IMG/VR virus record: IMGVR_UViG_3300045988_107955
DNA length: 48,678 nt
From: a virus
Reading direction: 5' to 3' (one strand)
Numbering within the stretch: the stretch's first letter is position 1; every line of letters starts with the position of its first letter. Below, one piece after another: positions 34,049-42,506 of the stretch. The notes under the pieces are model-generated. The model was given only the letters and a program-made list of their open reading frames with translations. It made no database searches and had not been told where the DNA came from. The translations under genes were made by a program, and so were the position numbers.

Positions 34049-34486
34049 CTATTTATAGAATCTGTAAGCAGTCCAACTGTTAATACTGAACTCTCCTAGG
34101 AAGTCTAGTGATTTAAAGTCAGTTGATTCTTCAGGTAATTGATTACCAAACTCATCAAAGTTATAGACTTTAGCACCATCATTAGCATAAGAGAAAGAGT
34201 TATAGTCAGTAATAACTGCTACTTCTTTCTTAGGTTGCCATAGTCTAGTTACAGTACCATTACTATTCTTAGTCTCACTGACAAAGTTATAGACTCTGTA
34301 GTTATCAAAGTAAGTGAGGAAAGCACCACTTGTAGAACGATTAATCACTCTACCTTCAGTACCATTATTGTAACCATATCTATTATACCTAGTATCAGGG
34401 TTATAGTTACTTGTTACACTTGCATGAGCTACAGAAGCTACACCAAGGGCAAGTAAAACAGTTAGAGTAGCAATCAGTTTCTTCAT
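34049..34486 (-). CDS. Secreted protein of unknown function (145 aa) encoded downstream of the endolysin
   Basis: Sec-type signal peptide MKKLIATLTVLLALGVASVAHA. The mature part is rich in Tyr and Asn. It is the last gene before the terminator. Confidence 0.6.
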   Translation of the reverse strand: MKKLIATLTVLLALGVASVAHASVTSNYNPDTRYNRYGYNNGTEGRVINRSTSGAFLTYFDNYRVYNFVSETKNSNGTVTRLWQPKKEVAVITDYNSFSYANDGAKVYNFDEFGNQLPEESTDFKSLDFLGEFSINSWTAYRFYK

Positions 34487-34488
34487 CC

Positions 34489-35913
34489 TTACCCCTCGTT
34501 TGAAACTTCAAGATTACCCTTAATAGTAACTTTACCAAGAGCATCTTGTACTGAAGTAGATTTAATCTTTTCAAGTGCATCTACCACTTTAGCATTTGCT
34601 TCAGAAATAGCTTGTTTAATTTCTTCTGAGTCTCTAGATTGGCTAGCTAGAAATCTATCAAAGTCAGCATCAGGTAGGTTAAGATGTTTAGCTCCTGCAG
34701 ACTGTAGCTGTGTAACAGTTTCAATATCACCAATACCAAACACTCTGCCATTAACTACAGCCACATAACCAGTGGCACCACTTTGACTTCTTACTACAAA
34801 ATTCATGTTTTCATCCTCTTCTTCTACATTACTAGATGATGTTACTTCATCATCAATCAATACAATATTCTTATCTAGTCCACCTGCAATACCAGTAGAA
34901 GTAAACTGCCACCATCTCATGTGTTCTATACCAGGGAATACACCCCAATAAGGAGTAGGAGTTACTTCATAGTTAGGGTATCCTGCAATCCATAGACTAT
35001 TAGGATACTTAGCTGTTACTTGGTCGATATAGACATTTGCTAGTGTATAAGGCTTGTAGCTATAGTAAATAGGTTCAAAGCCTGCTTGTTTACACTTATC
35101 CATAAAGGCAATTACAGCATCAGTGTTAGCTTGTACGTTACCACTAGCACTATCCTCATAGTCACACACTAAGTATCTAGGTTTGCTTGGTAGATTACTG
35201 ATGAAGAAGTCAGCTTCAGATTGTGCTAAGCCTACATCTCCACCGAATCTAGCAAAGTGATAATACCCTACACAGTTACTTGTATTGGTTTGTTGAGTAA
35301 CTACAGGAGACAACCATCCAGTACCTTCAGTAACTTTAATAATGGTATTTCTAGTACCACTAGCATTACAGATGTCTGTTAGGTCTCCTGGTTGATAAGC
35401 TGATACATCAATGAAATAGTCATCTTTCTTCATACCACTAGCTACAGGAGATGATTCTGAGCTGTTAGTAACTACTGCAGTATTGTTAGCTGATTTAGGT
35501 CTAAAAGCAGTAGCAAATGTAGCTGAGTAAGGTAGAGCTACAATGTTAAATACTCCACCACCATTGGGGTTTCTTTGTTCTCCACCTTGGTTTTGACCTA
35601 AGAAGTTACCATATCCATTACCTGCATCACTGTCAAAGATAGCTACATGAGAATAAGGTGTTGAAGGTGTAACATCAAAGATAGCTACATCTCCTGATTG
35701 CATTACTTCTACTTCATCAAAGTAGTTAAGGATACCATTACTATGTCTTTGAGTCCACAGGTCTTGTGCATATCCACTGTCAGTACAGTTAATAACAGGA
35801 ACACCTAAGTAGTTACAGTATTCTGCAAAACCATCCCAACATTGGTCTCCAAACCAACCATCAATGTCATAACCATTACCAAGGTGAGTATTTTTAAAGT
35901 CTTGATAACTCAT
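34489..35913 (-). CDS. Endolysin: CHAP endopeptidase + GH25 muramidase + C-terminal domain
   Basis: CHAP: FGDQCWDG...YSHVAIF. GH25: IDVSAYQ, IIKVTEG, YHFARF, DYEDSA. The N-terminal 350 aa closely resemble the streptococcal phage B30/PlyGBS-type lysin as I remember it. Confidence 0.85.
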   Translation of the reverse strand: MSYQDFKNTHLGNGYDIDGWFGDQCWDGFAEYCNYLGVPVINCTDSGYAQDLWTQRHSNGILNYFDEVEVMQSGDVAIFDVTPSTPYSHVAIFDSDAGNGYGNFLGQNQGGEQRNPNGGGVFNIVALPYSATFATAFRPKSANNTAVVTNSSESSPVASGMKKDDYFIDVSAYQPGDLTDICNASGTRNTIIKVTEGTGWLSPVVTQQTNTSNCVGYYHFARFGGDVGLAQSEADFFISNLPSKPRYLVCDYEDSASGNVQANTDAVIAFMDKCKQAGFEPIYYSYKPYTLANVYIDQVTAKYPNSLWIAGYPNYEVTPTPYWGVFPGIEHMRWWQFTSTGIAGGLDKNIVLIDDEVTSSSNVEEEDENMNFVVRSQSGATGYVAVVNGRVFGIGDIETVTQLQSAGAKHLNLPDADFDRFLASQSRDSEEIKQAISEANAKVVDALEKIKSTSVQDALGKVTIKGNLEVSNEG

Positions 35914-36122
35914 TATTCAATTCCTTTATTATAACTTGTGCTTGATAGACCTACCAAAGCACCAATGAAAGTACCTAAAGCAGTCAATACAGTAACAATA
36001 ACACCTGTAGTTTCAGGGTATCCTACTGCAATACCTACAGTACCTACAAAGGTAGCTAAAGCAGGAATAAAAGTAATTGCTACAAACTTAAGTACATCAT
36101 AAGTTTTATTACTAAAAATCAT
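35913..36122 (-). CDS. Holin (69 aa, two TM segments)
   Basis: KTYDVLKFVAITFIPALATFVGTVGIA...VTVLTALGTFIGALVGL. It lies immediately upstream of the endolysin with a shared start/stop base. Confidence 0.75.
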   Translation of the reverse strand: MIFSNKTYDVLKFVAITFIPALATFVGTVGIAVGYPETTGVIVTVLTALGTFIGALVGLSSTSYNKGIE

Positions 36123-36555
36123 TGTATCTTTCCTCTCTAATTTCTAGATTGTCATACTTACTATAGAGCATTTTAATTTCACCATTACCACCATTATTAT
36201 GGTAAATAGTATACATCTTAGCTATCTCTGTAGCTTCATCTACAAAGGTATAACCACGCTCTAAAGCTTTGACTAGTGTATTATATAAGCCAATCCTAAA
36301 ATGGCTCTTAGAGAAGCTCTCAGTAGCTTCTATTTGCTTTTGTTGAGCTTCATTGTCAATAACCAAGTCTCTAACATCATTAGTAAGTTTAGAAAGAGTT
36401 TCATTTAATTGATTTTGATGAGCAATTACCTGTTCTCTTTCTTCTCTACTCTCTTTGACATATTTCTTAACTGTCATGTAAATACCTACACATGTAGATA
36501 GTGTTGATACTGCTCCCCCTACAGTAGTCATTAAAATATCAACTGATATATTCAA
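36112..36555 (-). CDS. Membrane-anchored lysis-module protein (second holin / lysis regulator candidate)
   Basis: One N-terminal TM segment (ILMTTVGGAVSTLSTCVGIYMTV), then a helical domain of about 110 aa. It lies adjacent to the holin. Confidence 0.45.
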   Translation of the reverse strand: MNISVDILMTTVGGAVSTLSTCVGIYMTVKKYVKESREEREQVIAHQNQLNETLSKLTNDVRDLVIDNEAQQKQIEATESFSKSHFRIGLYNTLVKALERGYTFVDEATEIAKMYTIYHNNGGNGEIKMLYSKYDNLEIREERYNDF

Positions 36556-36557
36556 TT

Positions 36558-37520
36558 CTACTTACCTTCTTCTTTAGGTTTAGTGTCCTCTTCTTTTTTC
36601 TTCTTCTCTTCTTCTTCCTTTTGCTTACGCTCAGCAATCTTTTCATCTGACCAATCACAAGCACCACATAGTACGTTACAAGGGTCAGTAGGCAATCCAA
36701 TATTAGGGTTGTGGTTAATGTATTGAGCTGTAATACTACTCCTTGTAGGAGCAAATACCCATTCATCTAAAGTAGATAGCATCTTAAGAACATCAGATGA
36801 ACCACCTTCAGGTTTAAGGTCAAATTCTTTATTGTATTCAAGTGTTCTATTGATGTCTTGTTCCCAAGATTGGCCAGGGTCATATCCTTTTTGGAAAACT
36901 ACATTGTTATCAATATCATAGATAGTGAATCTACCATTATGATTAGTAGTAGGTGCTTTATTGACATACTTAATTTTATCAATTCTGATAGCACTAATTT
37001 TAGCATGGATAGAACCATCTTTATTAGGTGTGTAGCTATGAATTACTTTACCAAAAACATTACCAACACCAACTTCACCTGTTTCTACCATATTCCATAC
37101 AATAGTAAAATTACCATTAGTGTCAGTCTTAACTACACTATAAGTAGTACCACCTGATGTAGATGTTTGTGTACCATCTGACTTCATAGCTAACTCTACA
37201 TTGTCACTTAACTTACCAATTAGGAAGTCTACAAGAGCATTTAGTTTCTTTTCATGACAGTTAGCTACAGCACATAGGTTATCTACACGCTTATCTAAAT
37301 TAACTACCATAATAAGCAAGTCTCTTAGGAAACACCATAAGAAGTAAGCATATTGAGCTAGTCTTTTAGGTAGACCTACACAAGATGTATTTGCTAGTAA
37401 ACAAGTATAGTCTTTCAAGACCTTAAGCTTCTTTTCCATTACATCTTGTCTTTGTTCTACCTCTACACAGACATCAATCTTTTCACATTGACAATCTCCA
37501 CATTGTCCTAAGCAAGACAT
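36558..37520 (-). CDS. Cys-capped fibre-like protein P4 (320 aa), N-terminal paralogue of 37520-39082
   Basis: MSCLGQCGDCQCEK...KLKVLKDYTCLLANTSCVGLPKRLAQYAYFLWCFLRDLL aligns by eye with the P3 N-terminus. The C-terminal tail is rich in Lys and Glu. Confidence 0.5.
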   Translation of the reverse strand: MSCLGQCGDCQCEKIDVCVEVEQRQDVMEKKLKVLKDYTCLLANTSCVGLPKRLAQYAYFLWCFLRDLLIMVVNLDKRVDNLCAVANCHEKKLNALVDFLIGKLSDNVELAMKSDGTQTSTSGGTTYSVVKTDTNGNFTIVWNMVETGEVGVGNVFGKVIHSYTPNKDGSIHAKISAIRIDKIKYVNKAPTTNHNGRFTIYDIDNNVVFQKGYDPGQSWEQDINRTLEYNKEFDLKPEGGSSDVLKMLSTLDEWVFAPTRSSITAQYINHNPNIGLPTDPCNVLCGACDWSDEKIAERKQKEEEEKKKKEEDTKPKEEGK

Positions 37521-39082
37521 TAGTTACCTCCTGTTAATTCTTTAGGTACAGGTGTTAAGTCTCCACAAGTAACACTAATAGCTTTAACCTCAAAGAGTTG
37601 TGGTTCTTCAGGTCTTGTAGGCTTAATAGGTTCTGTAGGTTTAGTACCTGTAGGTTGGGTTGGTCTAGTAGGTTCAGTTACTGTAGGTTCATTAGGTCTA
37701 ACAGGTTCAGTCTGAGTAGGTCTAGTAGGTTCTACAGGTTTATTACCACCAGGAGCTACAGGTTCTGTAGGTCTTTCAGGTACAACTACAGTTCTCTTAG
37801 TAGGTTCTTTTGGTCTACCATCCATAGAGATTGTAGGAGCTGTAATCTTAAGTGATACCTTGTTTTTAGAGCCTGAAACCCACATATCATCATAGAATAG
37901 GAAGTCAATAGTTTGTGATTGACCTTGGCTGATATTAATATCATGAGACAAAGGATAAGTAACATCAAGAGCTTGTGTAAATGCTGATTGTCCTCTATAG
38001 GATTTAGACCAAATAACAGCACCATTAGGTTTCTTGTAAGTGATACTAAAGTCTGAGAAAGCTACTTTAGGAGATACCTTATCATAACTTACCTCTTGGA
38101 TAGTAACACTGTTAGCCTTGATGTTTACACCACCAGTAATACCACTGTAGCTAGCATTGAATCCTACATTACCTCTAAGAACCCAGTAACCAATATTTTC
38201 AGTTCCATCATTGATAGGAGACTTAATAGTAAAGTTACCAGTATTCTTATCAAAAGTATACTCATCAGCTAAGTCATTGTTAGTATTAGCAATCTCTTTA
38301 AACTCAAAAGTATATCCAATATTACCTACAAGACCTGCTTCCCATCTCTTGAAAGCTTTATTATATTCAGCAATAGCTGTCTGATAGTCAGATTCAGCTC
38401 TCTCAGCCTCTCTAAGCTTGTCATTGTACTCCTTAAGCTTTCTATCATACTCAGCCTTAAGACGTGCATACTCGCTATTAGAGGCGTTATATGATGCCAT
38501 ATCACTGTTATACTTCTCTACAGCTTTAGTATACTCAGCCATTACTTTTCTGTAAGCTTCTAAGTCAGTATTATACTTAGCAATAGCTTTAGTATAATCA
38601 CTTCTTAACTTATCATAGTTAGCTTTGTCTTTTTCATACTGAGCTACAGCAGTCTCATAATCCTTATTGGCTTTATTAAAGCTTGCTAGACCATCTTGAT
38701 AAAGCTTGTAGTTCCTATTGTAAGTCTCCATAGCTTCATTGTAGATAGCTAGTTTAGTGTTATATTCATTGAGGATTCTAGAGTTTTCTTTGTTAGCAGT
38801 AAGTTGTTTCTCTACTTCTACTGCTAAGTCTGAAATCTTTCTACATAGTTCCTCATCACGCTTCTTAAACACTGTAAGGTCTAACTCTTGTTGCATCCTA
38901 AGAATGTCTCTAAGGATACACCATAGCATGTAGAACCCTTTAGAGAGGATTCTAGGAAGGTCAATACAGTTAGCGTTAGCAATAACACATACTAAGTCAT
39001 GAAGGACTCTTAGCTTGTCTTCAATGTCTTTTTTATTTTTAGCTTCAATGCATTCACAATCATTGCATCCAGTACAAGCCAT
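37520..39082 (-). CDS. Cys-capped fibre/adhesin-like protein P3 (520 aa) with a Tyr-heptad helix, a beta-rich domain and a Pro-rich repeat (antigen I/II-like layout)
   Basis: N-terminal cap MACTGCNDCEC. Tyr or Phe occurs every 7th residue over about 135 aa. A 73-aa P/T/E-rich repeat (RPTEPV, KPVEPTRPT, ...) lies near the C-terminus. Confidence 0.55.
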   Translation of the reverse strand: MACTGCNDCECIEAKNKKDIEDKLRVLHDLVCVIANANCIDLPRILSKGFYMLWCILRDILRMQQELDLTVFKKRDEELCRKISDLAVEVEKQLTANKENSRILNEYNTKLAIYNEAMETYNRNYKLYQDGLASFNKANKDYETAVAQYEKDKANYDKLRSDYTKAIAKYNTDLEAYRKVMAEYTKAVEKYNSDMASYNASNSEYARLKAEYDRKLKEYNDKLREAERAESDYQTAIAEYNKAFKRWEAGLVGNIGYTFEFKEIANTNNDLADEYTFDKNTGNFTIKSPINDGTENIGYWVLRGNVGFNASYSGITGGVNIKANSVTIQEVSYDKVSPKVAFSDFSITYKKPNGAVIWSKSYRGQSAFTQALDVTYPLSHDINISQGQSQTIDFLFYDDMWVSGSKNKVSLKITAPTISMDGRPKEPTKRTVVVPERPTEPVAPGGNKPVEPTRPTQTEPVRPNEPTVTEPTRPTQPTGTKPTEPIKPTRPEEPQLFEVKAISVTCGDLTPVPKELTGGN

Positions 39083-39094
39083 TTAGTACCTCCT

Positions 39095-39580
39095 TTATAA
39101 TGATTCACTTAAAGTGATAGTTTGATTATCTTTTTTAAGGATAACAAAAGAAGCCATCATGCCATCATCCAAGTTCATAGTTCTTGTAACAGTTAAATCA
39201 CCATATTGTTGAATATTTAGAATATCCTCATGGATGATACAAAGCTCTTCACCAATATTTGTGTCATAAGTTTTGATTGTAGTATTAAAACTTACCTTAC
39301 TTACACTATATCTAGGAAGAAAACTATTAGTTATGTTTGCTGATAGCAAAACCCTAGGTTCTCTACTAAAAATTTGTGAGGGAACAAATTTATTTTTTTG
39401 AATACTGTAGTTAATACCATTAATAAACATATTAATGTTAGTAAATGGAATTGTAACTCCTTTAGCATACTTAGCTACAGAGTTTATAAACTCCTTATCA
39501 TAAGGGTTTGTACCATTACCTTTGATTACAGAGTTATCAATAGAGATACCTTCTCTTTTTAAAATACCATAATCATGCAT
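39095..39580 (-). CDS. Hypothetical protein downstream of fibre P2 (161 aa)
   Basis: Shares its start/stop base with the upstream fibre gene. It may be a fibre accessory protein, chaperone or distal domain, judged by position only. Confidence 0.4.
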   Translation of the reverse strand: MHDYGILKREGISIDNSVIKGNGTNPYDKEFINSVAKYAKGVTIPFTNINMFINGINYSIQKNKFVPSQIFSREPRVLLSANITNSFLPRYSVSKVSFNTTIKTYDTNIGEELCIIHEDILNIQQYGDLTVTRTMNLDDGMMASFVILKKDNQTITLSESL

Positions 39581-40548
39581 TAGTTAGTTACCTCCCTTAG
39601 TGAGTAGACAAGTTCTGCTAGTGCTACTTCAGGTTCTTCCATAGTCACTTCAATAATGTATTCATCCTGGAAGTTAGCTCCAAACATAAGACCTTTTGTT
39701 AGGTTATTAAGTGAAGCAGGAACAGTCAATGTAGGTTCTTCAGTAATAATACTATTGTTGTCTAAGTCAAACTTGTAGAACTCAAAATAGAATGATAAGT
39801 TAAGAACACCAGTTGTACTTAAGTCATACATAACATGAATATTACCAAAAGCTTCAGGGAATGTATATCTACCTACCATAGAGATACCTTCTAAGTCAGA
39901 TTGGTTAATTGGTATAGTAAAGTAAGTCAAAATGTATTCTTGTGTCTGTGTACTACTTCCTTGTCCTTTATACATCTTAGTAGTAATTTTAGGAAACCTA
40001 ATATATAGTTCCTTATCACCAAAAGTATACTGAGGAGTCGGAAGAGTAACTTGAATAGCATTTGTAGTTAATAAACTATTAAACTCTTTAACACCTAACT
40101 GTGTTAGTGTTTTTAGTTTATTACTAATACCATTAATACTAGCTACTAGTTTGTACTTAGTGTTTGTATCAACTACAGAATTGTTAATAGTACCATCTTC
40201 AGTAATAGTAATACCAGTACCTGCTTTATAAGTAGTACCTTTAGGAATCTCTACTGAGTTACCATTACTAATACTTAGTGTAGTACCATTCAAAGTAAGT
40301 GTTTGTTTATCATTATCTTCTTTAGCTTCTAGTTTTTCTACTCTAGCTACAAGAGGTTTATCATCATAAGAAGTACCTCCTGTAGTTGCTGTAGATGTTA
40401 ATTCAGTAAAGCCATCACCATTTTCATTAAGGATATAGGCTTTATTGTCAGGCATAATATAGGCATGGTTTCTAGTTGCATAGTCTAGGTCTGGTAAGGC
40501 TTCTACCCTCTTAAATACAGGGTTACACCATGAAATACAGTCACCCAT
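39580..40548 (-). CDS. Tail fibre-like protein P2 (322 aa)
   Basis: The N-terminus MGDCISWCNP...LPDLDYATRNHAYIMPDNKAY...ELT is paralogous to P1. It shares LEAKEDNDKQTLTLNGTTLSISNGNSV with P1. Confidence 0.55.
   Translation of the reverse strand: MGDCISWCNPVFKRVEALPDLDYATRNHAYIMPDNKAYILNENGDGFTELTSTATTGGTSYDDKPLVARVEKLEAKEDNDKQTLTLNGTTLSISNGNSVEIPKGTTYKAGTGITITEDGTINNSVVDTNTKYKLVASINGISNKLKTLTQLGVKEFNSLLTTNAIQVTLPTPQYTFGDKELYIRFPKITTKMYKGQGSSTQTQEYILTYFTIPINQSDLEGISMVGRYTFPEAFGNIHVMYDLSTTGVLNLSFYFEFYKFDLDNNSIITEEPTLTVPASLNNLTKGLMFGANFQDEYIIEVTMEEPEVALAELVYSLREVTN
40300..40331. repeat. 32-nt segment shared with 41627-41658 (31 of 32 identical)
   Basis: TGTTTGTTTATCATTATCTTCTTTAGCTTCTA here against ...TTTTGCTTCTA in the partner. 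It encodes the shared EAKEDNDKQT motif of fibres P1 and P2. Confidence 0.85.
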
Positions 40549-40558
40549 TTAATACCTC

Positions 40559-41008
40559 CTATGTACGTTTAATGTCACTATAGTTAATCATAGAGACAAT
40601 ACCATTGTCATTATAATCTTTAAGTGATTCCCAGGAAACATCTTTTTGAATAGTCAATGGTTGGTTGACAATTACTAGACCAAACTTAGTTTCCCCCTGA
40701 GTATCTTTATAATCAGGGTTTTCTAGTTTAAACATAGCACCTACACCGTAAGTTTCACCTACAATAGGTTTATTGAACAAGTCAATTAATCTTGCCCACT
40801 GAGTACCATAGAGGAAAGGAGCATAGAGTAGGACTGAGTTAATAGTCTCATTATATGAAGGAGTGTTCTGTAGTTTAAGTACATCCTTAACCATATCATC
40901 TGATTCAAGACTACCTTCATAAGTCCAATTAAGATAAGGTCTAGTGTCAGTTACAGTGATGAGAGGGAAGTTGTTTTCTCTCTCTTCTCTTTTAATTTTA
41001 ATAGCCAT
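40559..41008 (-). CDS. Hypothetical protein downstream of fibre P1 (149 aa)
   Basis: Lies between two fibre-like genes. No motif recognised. Confidence 0.4.
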   Translation of the reverse strand: MAIKIKREERENNFPLITVTDTRPYLNWTYEGSLESDDMVKDVLKLQNTPSYNETINSVLLYAPFLYGTQWARLIDLFNKPIVGETYGVGAMFKLENPDYKDTQGETKFGLVIVNQPLTIQKDVSWESLKDYNDNGIVSMINYSDIKRT

Positions 41009-41011
41009 TAA

Positions 41012-42277
41012 TTAGTCCTCAACAATCTTAACAAGTTTCATTACAAGTTTAAGTTTTTTATTTAATGACTTCTTATCATCATTTGTTGATGCTTTATAGT
41101 CATTAATCATGGTTTGAAGACCACTTTCTAAATTACTAAATTCTAAGTACAAACCGTCATTTTGTAAAATAGGTTTACTGCCACATAACAAAGAAAGACT
41201 TGTTACTGAAGCATTATTAAATAGTTTGTTTGAAGCATAGATATTTGAGTCACTAAATTCTTCATCTAAACCACATACATAGAAACTCCATGATACAAAG
41301 TCAGGGTCAGTATAAGGGAATGATACACCATCCTTAAATGGAATAGTTACTTTACCACTAAAATCTTCTAGTGTCCATTCTTTTTCAATAGAAGCTACTC
41401 TAAACTTGTTGTTTTGTTTAATAGTATCAATTTCATCTAAAGCACTAGTAATCATTAAGTATAGACCTTTTAATGTAGAATCAGCCCATACATCAAAATC
41501 TGTAAGTCCTTCAGTATATCCTTGGAAAGCACCTGTCATAATTTTCTTAAACAAAGGGTCACTTTCTTCAGGAAGTGTAATAGAGTTACCACCTGAGATA
41601 CTGATTTCCTTACCATTAATAGACAATGTTTGTTTATCATTATCTTCTTTTGCTTCTAAAGTAGTAAGTCTAGTTTCATCAGAAGTAACTTTAGCTTCCA
41701 ATCCTGAAGGGTCAAAGATAGTATCTTTATCTTCTTTGGTTTCAAGCTTAGTTACAGTAGCTTTTACTTCTTCAAGAGCTTTCTTAATTTCAGAATCATC
41801 ATAGATAGTGTCTTTATCCTCTTTAGCGTTTAAGGCATCTGAGAGCTTCTGTACTGCTTTGTTTACATCCTCTAGTCCTGTTACACTAGTCTTACCTTCA
41901 AGCTCCTTTTTAAGGGCTTCTATGGCTTCTGAGAGGGTCTTATCTTTATCAGTAGGTTTATCTTCTTTGTCAGATGGTTTTTCATCATTCTTAGCTTTAA
42001 GAGCTTTTTCTACTTCAATGACTCTATTAGTCAAGTCTAGGAGAACATTAAGCTTATTAGTTTCTGTAGCTTCATCTCTTGTCAATTCAAGCCATGCAGT
42101 ACAGTTAGCATTTGCATACCACAACTTAGAGTCAGGTGTACGATACAAGTAATGTCTTGAAGTTCTTCCTAGTGTAGGAAGGCAATTTACATCAAGAATA
42201 GGTTTGCAGTTAGAGCTATATTGTCCTGAACATTCGTTACATTCATTACAGCTATTACATCCACAGTTTGTACACAT
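41012..42277 (-). CDS. Tail fibre-like protein P1 (421 aa) with extreme N-terminal Cys cluster
   Basis: MCTNCGCNSCNECNECSGQYSSNCKPILDVNC has 8 Cys in 32 residues. KEDKDTI repeats form a coiled-coil stalk, followed by EAKEDNDKQTLSINGKEISISGGNSITLPE. Confidence 0.55.
   Translation of the reverse strand: MCTNCGCNSCNECNECSGQYSSNCKPILDVNCLPTLGRTSRHYLYRTPDSKLWYANANCTAWLELTRDEATETNKLNVLLDLTNRVIEVEKALKAKNDEKPSDKEDKPTDKDKTLSEAIEALKKELEGKTSVTGLEDVNKAVQKLSDALNAKEDKDTIYDDSEIKKALEEVKATVTKLETKEDKDTIFDPSGLEAKVTSDETRLTTLEAKEDNDKQTLSINGKEISISGGNSITLPEESDPLFKKIMTGAFQGYTEGLTDFDVWADSTLKGLYLMITSALDEIDTIKQNNKFRVASIEKEWTLEDFSGKVTIPFKDGVSFPYTDPDFVSWSFYVCGLDEEFSDSNIYASNKLFNNASVTSLSLLCGSKPILQNDGLYLEFSNLESGLQTMINDYKASTNDDKKSLNKKLKLVMKLVKIVED
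41627..41658. repeat. 32-nt segment shared with 40300-40331
   Basis: See the partner entry at 40300-40331. It is a possible module-exchange boundary between the two fibre genes. Confidence 0.85.
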
Positions 42278-42291
42278 ACGGTGTACCTCCT

Positions 42292-42498
42292 TTATTTATA
42301 TAATTCTACTTTAGCTAAGTAACTTAGTATGTTAATCTCCTTAGTTCTTCTAAGAGCTTCTGACCTAAGAGCTAGGATACAGATAACTGCTTGATAGTCT
42401 TCAGGATGATTAAGTAAGTGTTTGTTTAATAAGTCAATTCGTCTATTAACTACAGAGAGCTTAAGAGACTTCTTATGAAGGATATTGGTGTAATTCAT
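42292..42498 (-). CDS. Small hypothetical protein (68 aa)
   Basis: A compact ORF between the virion lysin and fibre P1. It is helical and basic. Confidence 0.45.
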   Translation of the reverse strand: MNYTNILHKKSLKLSVVNRRIDLLNKHLLNHPEDYQAVICILALRSEALRRTKEINILSYLAKVELYK

Positions 42499-42506
42499 TG
42501 TTGCTC

